Below, in pieces: positions 55,997 to 64,000 of a DNA stretch of 64,000 nucleotides (within the stretch, counting starts at the first letter, position 1; every line of letters starts with the position of its first letter). The position numbers were made by a program, and so were the translations under genes. The stretch comes from an uncultured Christensenellaceae bacterium (GTDB lineage: Bacteria > Bacillota > Clostridia > Christensenellales > UBA3700): positions 8,426 through 72,425 of the forward strand of contig CALWRH010000008.1 of NCBI GenBank assembly GCA_944383895.1, read 5' to 3'. Under the pieces are notes generated by a model that saw only the letters and a program-made list of their open reading frames with translations, was not told where the DNA came from and did not search any database.

Positions 55997-56737
55997 ATGG
56001 CAACAAATCGACCGACGGCGAATATCCACTCTTTCGAAAGCTTAGCCACGCTTGACGGCGCGGGAGTCAGATACGGGATATTTTTCGTCGGTTGTCCGTT
56101 CAGATGTGTATATTGCCACAATCCCGATACATGGACAGGGGAAGGACAGAGGTTTACCGTTGATGAACTTGCAAAGAAAGTAGTCAGGTACAAGCCGTAT
56201 TTCGGTAAGGACGGCGGAGTTACGCTCAGCGGGGGTGAGGTGCTCGTGCAGAGCGCATTTGTCGCCGCGTTTGAAAAGCGGATGAAGAAAGAGGGCATAG
56301 GAGTTGTGCTCGATACCTCGGGAAGCGTGACGCTTACAAAAGACGTCAAGGCGGCTATCGACGGCGCGGAAACGGTTATACTCGATCTTAAATTCTGGGA
56401 TGACGAACATTACAGAAAATACTGCGGAGGCGGGATTTCGACAGTGCTCGACACTCTTGAATACTGCGAGCAAAAAAACGTACCCGTGTGGATAAGGACG
56501 GTTATTGTGCCGGGTATAAACGATAAAGAAGAGTGCATAGACAAGTATGCTGATATAGTGCGCGGACATAAATGCGTAAAGAGATACCAGCTGCTTGCGT
56601 TCCATACGATGGGCTTTTCAAAATACGAAAAACTCGGCATAAAAAATCCGCTCGAAGGAACGCCTGCAATGGACAGGAAAAGGTTGGACCAGCTTACGTC
56701 TTATCTTGAATCAAAGGAGATCGTCAACAATGACTAA
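55997..56737 (+). CDS. pflA: pyruvate formate-lyase activating enzyme
   Basis: Radical-SAM cluster GCPFRCVYCHNPDTW; 246 aa. Confidence 0.95.
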   Translation: MATNRPTANIHSFESLATLDGAGVRYGIFFVGCPFRCVYCHNPDTWTGEGQRFTVDELAKKVVRYKPYFGKDGGVTLSGGEVLVQSAFVAAFEKRMKKEGIGVVLDTSGSVTLTKDVKAAIDGAETVILDLKFWDDEHYRKYCGGGISTVLDTLEYCEQKNVPVWIRTVIVPGINDKEECIDKYADIVRGHKCVKRYQLLAFHTMGFSKYEKLGIKNPLEGTPAMDRKRLDQLTSYLESKEIVNND

Positions 56738-57200
56738 AGAAGAAAGAAAACAGCTTGCTTACGAGAATTTCAAAAAGGGATACAACTGCTGTCAGTCGGT
56801 AGTACTCGCATTTTCCGACGTTTTGCCTCTCGACAAAGAAATGCTCGAAAAAGTCACGCTCGGATTCGGGGCTGGATTCGGCAGAACGAGAAATCTCTGC
56901 GGAGCGGTAAGCGCATACGGTTTCGTATGCGGACTTCTGCACGATAAATGCGAAACTCTTGAGGCAGACAAAACGGATGTGTATAAGCAGATCACAGAAC
57001 TTGACAACAAGTTCAAAGCCCTTAACGGCACAGACCATTGCGGAGAGCTTCTGAAAAACGTCAAAAATCTGACCAAGGGTTACGTCCCCGAAGTCAGGGA
57101 CGAGGAGTATTACAAAGTACGTCCGTGCGCTAAATTCGTAATAGACAGTGCGGGACTTCTGCACGATCACCTCGTTGAGCAAGGGATAATAAAAGATTGA
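56730..57200 (+). CDS. C_GCAxxG_C_C-family putative redox-active protein
   Basis: YNCCQSVVLAF, NLCGAVSAYG, DHCGELL and RPCAKFV give the Cys pattern of the family. The ATG lies 8 nt inside the pflA 3' end. Confidence 0.8.
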   Translation: MTKEERKQLAYENFKKGYNCCQSVVLAFSDVLPLDKEMLEKVTLGFGAGFGRTRNLCGAVSAYGFVCGLLHDKCETLEADKTDVYKQITELDNKFKALNGTDHCGELLKNVKNLTKGYVPEVRDEEYYKVRPCAKFVIDSAGLLHDHLVEQGIIKD

Positions 57201-57213
57201 GAATAAAAATGAC

Positions 57214-57288
57214 CCCCGCCGATGAGGTGAACCCCAAAAGTTGGACACTTTTGGAGGTGCACATCATGAACGACGGGGCTTTTTTTTG
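57214..57288 (+). terminator. unusually long intrinsic terminator (about 25-bp imperfect rod)
   Basis: Outer CCCCGCCG/CGACGGGG, middle ATGAGGTG/CACATCAT, inner perfect CCAAAAGT-TGGAC-ACTTTTGG, then C plus T8 (57281-57288). Confidence 0.7.
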
Positions 57289-57497
57289 TTTATTTACATA
57301 GACATGGCTCTGTGGCGTCTGAAATCGCTGTGAGAGCAAAACTTTTGCCGCACGGGAACTTCTTCAGAGATTTTTTTGTCTGTGCCTTGAGCGGCGAATA
57401 AAGAGCATTACGGACGATTGCTGCAAGATAAATGCACGTTCATGAGATGCGGTTGTGCGGTTTATATATATTTTCTTGCGTTGCACATAATTTCTAT

Positions 57498-57875
57498 ATG
57501 CTGTGGGCGATAAAAAAGATATACAGAATAGCAGGCAACGCGTACTGGAAAATATTCGGAGGATTCGCTTTGTCGCTCGTGTGGTTTGCCTTGGGTGCGG
57601 TGTTGATCGTATCCGTTGTGGGATTGACTTGGGGCATAAAGTGCGTGAGGGTAGGCATATTCGTATTCAAGCCGTTCGGAAAGCAAGCCGTAGTAGTATT
57701 TGACAGTCCTGTTGCCGACGCATTATGGGCTATATCGTTCGGAGCAGTGCTCGGCACAGTTGCTGTACTCGGGGCAATAACGTCGCTCGTAGGTCTTATC
57801 ACAGCGCCTCTGTGCGTTCAGTGGCTTAAGGTCGCGAGAGTTTCGATGTTTCCTTTTTCTTCTTATATCAGATAA
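57498..57875 (+). CDS. YccF-like (DUF307) inner-membrane protein
   Basis: Two repeats resembling E. coli YccF (NAYWKIFGGFALSLVWFALGAVLIVSVVGLTWGIKCVRVGIFVFKPFGK). The start is uncertain (57432 or 57498) and neither has an SD. Confidence 0.6.
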   Translation: MLWAIKKIYRIAGNAYWKIFGGFALSLVWFALGAVLIVSVVGLTWGIKCVRVGIFVFKPFGKQAVVVFDSPVADALWAISFGAVLGTVAVLGAITSLVGLITAPLCVQWLKVARVSMFPFSSYIR

Positions 57876-57998
57876 AATTATCAAGCCCGTGTTTGTTAAT
57901 CGATAATAAACAAATATATCGCAGCATGGTTTTCGTATGATCGGGAATAGTTGCAAAATGTTGATTTTCAGTATGGCAATAAAAATTTCAACTACCTA

Positions 57999-58027
57999 TT
58001 GCGATAATTTGATTATAATGTTATAAT
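57999..58027 (+). promoter_or_regulatory. promoter for the GH2 gene
   Basis: TTGCGA (57999-58004), 17 nt, TATAAT (58022-58027). Confidence 0.5.
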
Positions 58028-58054
58028 ACTTATAAGCGAAGTTTTTCGCAATGA

Positions 58055-61126
<3,072 letters not shown>

Positions 61127-61156
61127 TCGATCTGTGATTTCAGTATATATACGGAC

Positions 61157-61181
61157 GTACGCGCGTAACGTGCGCGCGTAC
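61157..61181. other. perfect GC-rich hairpin/palindrome in AT-rich spacer
   Basis: GTACGCGCG-TAACGTG-CGCGCGTAC (9-bp stem, alternating purine-pyrimidine) flanked by TATATATA tracts. No T-run. Confidence 0.4.
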
Positions 61182-61241
61182 AAAATATATATACATATAA
61201 TAATGTTTATAATAAAATTTATAAATATTTTATTTTTACTA

Positions 61242-61270
61242 TTGAAAAGCAGACAAAGTTGTGCTATAAT
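61242..61270 (+). promoter_or_regulatory. promoter
   Basis: TTGAAA (61242-61247), 17 nt, TATAAT (61265-61270). Confidence 0.6.
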
Positions 61271-61310
61271 ACAACTATAATGTTGCGGTGGCAAATGGAG
61301 GAATAGTTTT

Positions 61311-61538
61311 ATGGCAAAAGAATTCGATTACGAAGTAGTCAAGACTTACGGCAGCCTTTCGGAGTCCAGCAAGGGTTGGAAGAAAGAAATCAAGCTCATC
61401 AGCTGGAATCAGAAAGAGCCCAAATACGATATAAGAGAGTGGTCTCCCGACGGTGAGAAAATGGGCAAGGGCGTTACGCTTTCCAAAGAAGAGCTCGTAA
61501 ATCTCAAGGCTTTGCTCGACGAGATCCTCGCTGACTGA
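61311..61538 (+). CDS. PC4/YdbC-like ssDNA-binding protein
   Basis: 75 aa. GWKKEIKLISWNQKEPKYDIREWSPDGEKMGKGVTLSKEE closely resembles Lactococcus YdbC (PC4-like fold) as I recall it. Confidence 0.8.
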   Translation: MAKEFDYEVVKTYGSLSESSKGWKKEIKLISWNQKEPKYDIREWSPDGEKMGKGVTLSKEELVNLKALLDEILAD

Positions 61539-61586
61539 AATCCGTTTTTTTGCATACATATTTACTTTTATACGGTATATAAACTA

Positions 61587-61620
61587 TACGGTAGCATTTG
61601 CTATCGTATTTTTTATTTTA
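61587..61620 (+). terminator. rho-independent terminator
   Basis: TACGGTAGC-ATTT-GCTATCGTA (one G-U pair) followed by TTTTTTATTTT. Confidence 0.8.
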
Positions 61621-61695
61621 CGCTGCCGCGATTTTTAAGCGGATAAACATGTGTTTTGAATAAGACCGCTGCATGAAATTTTACGTTTTGTACTG

Positions 61696-61724
61696 TTGAC
61701 AAAGCGAAATAGCGGTAATATAAT
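61696..61724 (+). promoter_or_regulatory. promoter
   Basis: TTGACA (61696-61701), 17 nt, TATAAT (61719-61724). Confidence 0.6.
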
Positions 61725-61764
61725 GGATAAAGTTGAATAAGGGGCAAAAACGGGAGGTGGATTT

Positions 61765-63162
61765 ATGGACTACAATATATTCTTACATCTGGCATTGATC
61801 CTGTTGCTTACGAAAGTGCTCGGTATTCTGATGCGCAAAATCGGTTTGCCTCAGGTTGTCGGCGCGCTTATCGCAGGTATTGTAATAGGCGTCAGCGGTA
61901 TTATCAAAGACACTTCGGAACTAAAGCCTTTTGCTGAAATCGGTGTGGTAATGATAATGTTTACCGCAGGTATGGAAACCAATTTCAAAGAGCTGAAGAA
62001 AAACGGCGTTGCATCCGTCCTCATTACGAGCCTCGGCGTTATAGTTCCGCTTGTAGTAGGTTTCGGCATTTCCTGGATAATTCCCGGTATTACACTTAAA
62101 GAGAGATTTTTCTTCGGCGTAATTCTGACTGCTACGTCTGTCGGAATCACCGTTGCCGTTCTTAAAGAGATAGGGAAACTGCACGGCAAGGTGGGCGCGA
62201 GCATCGTCACAGCAGCGGTTCTCGACGATATTATCGGTATCGTTATCCTCGCGTTTGCTACGGGCAGTGTAGATTCCAACACATGGGGATATAAGATAGT
62301 CGATCTGTTCGGCGATCCGACAAAGGTTGTGTCGGGCGTGCAGGTGCTTATCAACGTTGTACTGTTCTTTATACTTGCGATCGCTTGCGGTATCGTTATA
62401 CATTTCATATTCAAGTATCTCAGCAAAAAGTTCCCGCATACGCGCAGACTTTCGATATTCGGTCTTGCTACCGCGTTCTTGTTCGCATGGTTTTCTGAAG
62501 AACTCTTCGGCGTTGCTGCGATCACGGGTGCTTTCGTTGCGGGCATGATGATGTCCAATATGAAACAGACAGAGTACGTCGAGCGTCGTATAGATATGAG
62601 CGCGTACATGTTGTTCAGCCCGATCTTCTTTGCGAATATAGGTATCGGACTCGATTACAAAGCGCTTGTCAGCAACTTTAGCTGGACTATAGTTCTGTTC
62701 AGTATAGCGTTTGTAATATGCGGCATGGCGGCAAAACTCGTCGGCTGCGGAGCAGGCGGACTTATCTGCAGATACAAACCTCACGAGAGCCTCGAAGTCG
62801 GTTTAGGTATGATGGTCAGAGGAGAAGTTTGTCTTATAGTCGCGCAGAAAGGTATAGAAGAAGGCATTATATCTGCATCGTATCTGCCTGCCGTGATCCT
62901 TCTCGTGATCATGTCCTCTTTGCTTACGCCGATACTTCTCAAACTTACGTTCAAGAAGTTCCCGACAGACGAAAACGACGATAAATACGAAACTCCCGCA
63001 TCGCCTGTCGCAGCTAACATTATCAAAGAAAAGCTCGAGAAAGACATACCTGTCAACGACGTGACGATCAGCAGTGAGGCAAACGAAGTCGCTATCGAAC
63101 AGATGAGCGAAGAAAAAAACGGTGCTCACGTCGATTCAAACGACGAAGTTGAGAATAAGTAA
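61765..63162 (+). CDS. cation:proton antiporter (CPA2 / Na+/H+ exchanger family)
   Basis: LALILLLTKVLGILMRKIGLPQVVGALIAGIVIG N-terminus typical of KefB/NapA-type antiporters. About 12 TM, plus a ~70-aa acidic tail and no RCK domain. Confidence 0.9.
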   Translation: MDYNIFLHLALILLLTKVLGILMRKIGLPQVVGALIAGIVIGVSGIIKDTSELKPFAEIGVVMIMFTAGMETNFKELKKNGVASVLITSLGVIVPLVVGFGISWIIPGITLKERFFFGVILTATSVGITVAVLKEIGKLHGKVGASIVTAAVLDDIIGIVILAFATGSVDSNTWGYKIVDLFGDPTKVVSGVQVLINVVLFFILAIACGIVIHFIFKYLSKKFPHTRRLSIFGLATAFLFAWFSEELFGVAAITGAFVAGMMMSNMKQTEYVERRIDMSAYMLFSPIFFANIGIGLDYKALVSNFSWTIVLFSIAFVICGMAAKLVGCGAGGLICRYKPHESLEVGLGMMVRGEVCLIVAQKGIEEGIISASYLPAVILLVIMSSLLTPILLKLTFKKFPTDENDDKYETPASPVAANIIKEKLEKDIPVNDVTISSEANEVAIEQMSEEKNGAHVDSNDEVENK

Positions 63163-63177
63163 CAGCATATAATCAAA

Positions 63178-63213
63178 TAAAAAATGCGCTGCCGTATGGC
63201 GGCGCATTTTTTT
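63178..63213 (+). terminator. rho-independent terminator
   Basis: ATGCGCTGCC-GTAT-GGCGGCGCAT (10 bp) followed by TTTTTTT. Confidence 0.85.
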
Positions 63214-63250
63214 GCCATGAATACATGCGTACCGTAAATTGTCAACATTG

Positions 63251-63279
63251 TTGAAAGTTTGGCATGATTATGTTATAAT
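63251..63279 (+). promoter_or_regulatory. consensus promoter abutting a start codon (leaderless candidate)
   Basis: TTGAAA (63251-63256), 17 nt, TGT-TATAAT (63271-63279). The ATG at 63287 is only 7 nt past the -10 and has no SD. Confidence 0.6.
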
Positions 63280-63286
63280 AATAACT

Positions 63287-64000
63287 ATGAAAACGCGCGC
63301 AAGAATTTTAATAGCTTTCTGTCTGGTGCTGGCGATGGTTATGCCTTTCGTCTTAGGCGCGTGTTCTGCGCTGAGATTTACGCTGTCCGCGCCGATCCTT
63401 AAGTGGGACGAAGAAAGATCCTATGTTTATTGGAACGAGGTAGGATATGCAAAAAGCTATGAGATCTCCTTTTACGAAGTCGGAGAAGACGGCAAAAAAG
63501 GTGAGAAAACGGGTGAGAGTTTCACTCAGCCCGGTACAAGTTACGCTCCCGAAGAAAGCGGAACTTACTGTATAGGCGTGCGCGCCATAAGTTCGAAATC
63601 ATATTTTAATAACTCGGACGAGGCTTTTATCGTCTTTACAAAGTCAGATACGCAGGTCGACGTTACGGTACCCGACGATCCGGACGACCCTGACGATCCC
63701 GACGATCCCGTTGATCCTGTCGATCCTCCCGTAGGCGGGGGCGACGAAGACGTATTGCCTTCAAACGCACCCGAGTTGAATTTGCCTGCGGGTGCCGTTC
63801 AGAGATACAATTACATGTCTGATACGGATCTGAACGGAATTTCCGTCGGACTTACCGAAACTACGGGCGAAGTTAAAGAAATATACGTAACGGGAAACAG
63901 TCTTTCATACGGTTGGAGTTACGATGCTGAAAATCATGCCGTCACTCTCGAGCGTTCTCTGTTCAGCGATGTGTCTTCGGGTACGGATACGAAGTTCACG
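63287..64000 (+). CDS. lipoprotein with Pro/Asp repeat linker (3' end runs off the window)
   Basis: Absent from the track (no stop). MKTRARILIAFCLVLAMVMPFVLGAC lipobox, a ~110-aa domain, then PDDPDDPDDPDDPVDPVDPP. The frame is open to base 64000 (238 codons). Confidence 0.7.
   Translation, partial: MKTRARILIAFCLVLAMVMPFVLGACSALRFTLSAPILKWDEERSYVYWNEVGYAKSYEISFYEVGEDGKKGEKTGESFTQPGTSYAPEESGTYCIGVRAISSKSYFNNSDEAFIVFTKSDTQVDVTVPDDPDDPDDPDDPVDPVDPPVGGGDEDVLPSNAPELNLPAGAVQRYNYMSDTDLNGISVGLTETTGEVKEIYVTGNSLSYGWSYDAENHAVTLERSLFSDVSSGTDTKFT

Noticed and set aside
57209-57301. 30-codon ORF (MTPADEVNPKSWTLLEVHIMNDGAFFCLFT) inside the long terminator rod
   Set aside because: The SD is weak and there is no hydrophobic or toxin-like character. 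The sequence is better explained by the base-pairing constraints of the hairpin.
63671-63730. Tandem GACGATCC(C/T) repeats (also the GAC/GAT/AAC-rich run near 39826-39885)
   Set aside because: They lie in frame within lipoprotein genes and encode Asp/Pro or Asp/Asn linkers. They are coding low-complexity sequence, not a repeat element or array.

Overview
Calls rest on motif recognition by eye, not searches. The window is a 64-kb chromosomal segment from an anaerobic, Gram-positive-type bacterium. It looks Clostridia-like (class III RNR, pyruvate formate-lyase, HU, six lipobox lipoproteins), but taxonomy is inference. I support 51 protein genes, two of them edge-truncated and absent from the ORF track (1..1056 minus, 63287..64000 plus). 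I saw no rRNA, tRNA, CRISPR array or mobile element. Main blocks are: ABC exporter and nadE; two lipoproteins and a GH38 mannosidase; a small membrane/YxjI-like operon; and nrdG/nrdD with tandem NrdR boxes and a thioredoxin-fold domain fused to NrdD. Next comes an AraC regulator divergent from a 16-gene, ~16.6-kb operon. That operon joins the full hexuronate pathway (kdgA-kdgK-uxaC-uxuA-uxuB) to three Gfo/Idh/MocA oxidoreductases, a xylose-isomerase-like TIM barrel, PHP and GDPD phosphoesterases, a six-hairpin glycosidase, a GPH symporter and a lipoprotein. Downstream are: copA overlapping a DAHP synthase gene; a stand-alone GlmU acetyltransferase domain next to glmM; a GLUG-motif lipoprotein plus lipase; an eight-gene arginine operon; hup; a ZTP (pfl-motif) riboswitch before pflB-pflA and a C_GCAxxG_C_C gene; a GH2 galactosidase; a PC4/YdbC-like gene; and a CPA2 antiporter. 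The best candidate for an undescribed system is the oxidoreductase/TIM-barrel/phosphoesterase module at 19761..26380 inside the hexuronate operon. The many long antisense ORFs in the track are codon-aligned shadows of real genes.
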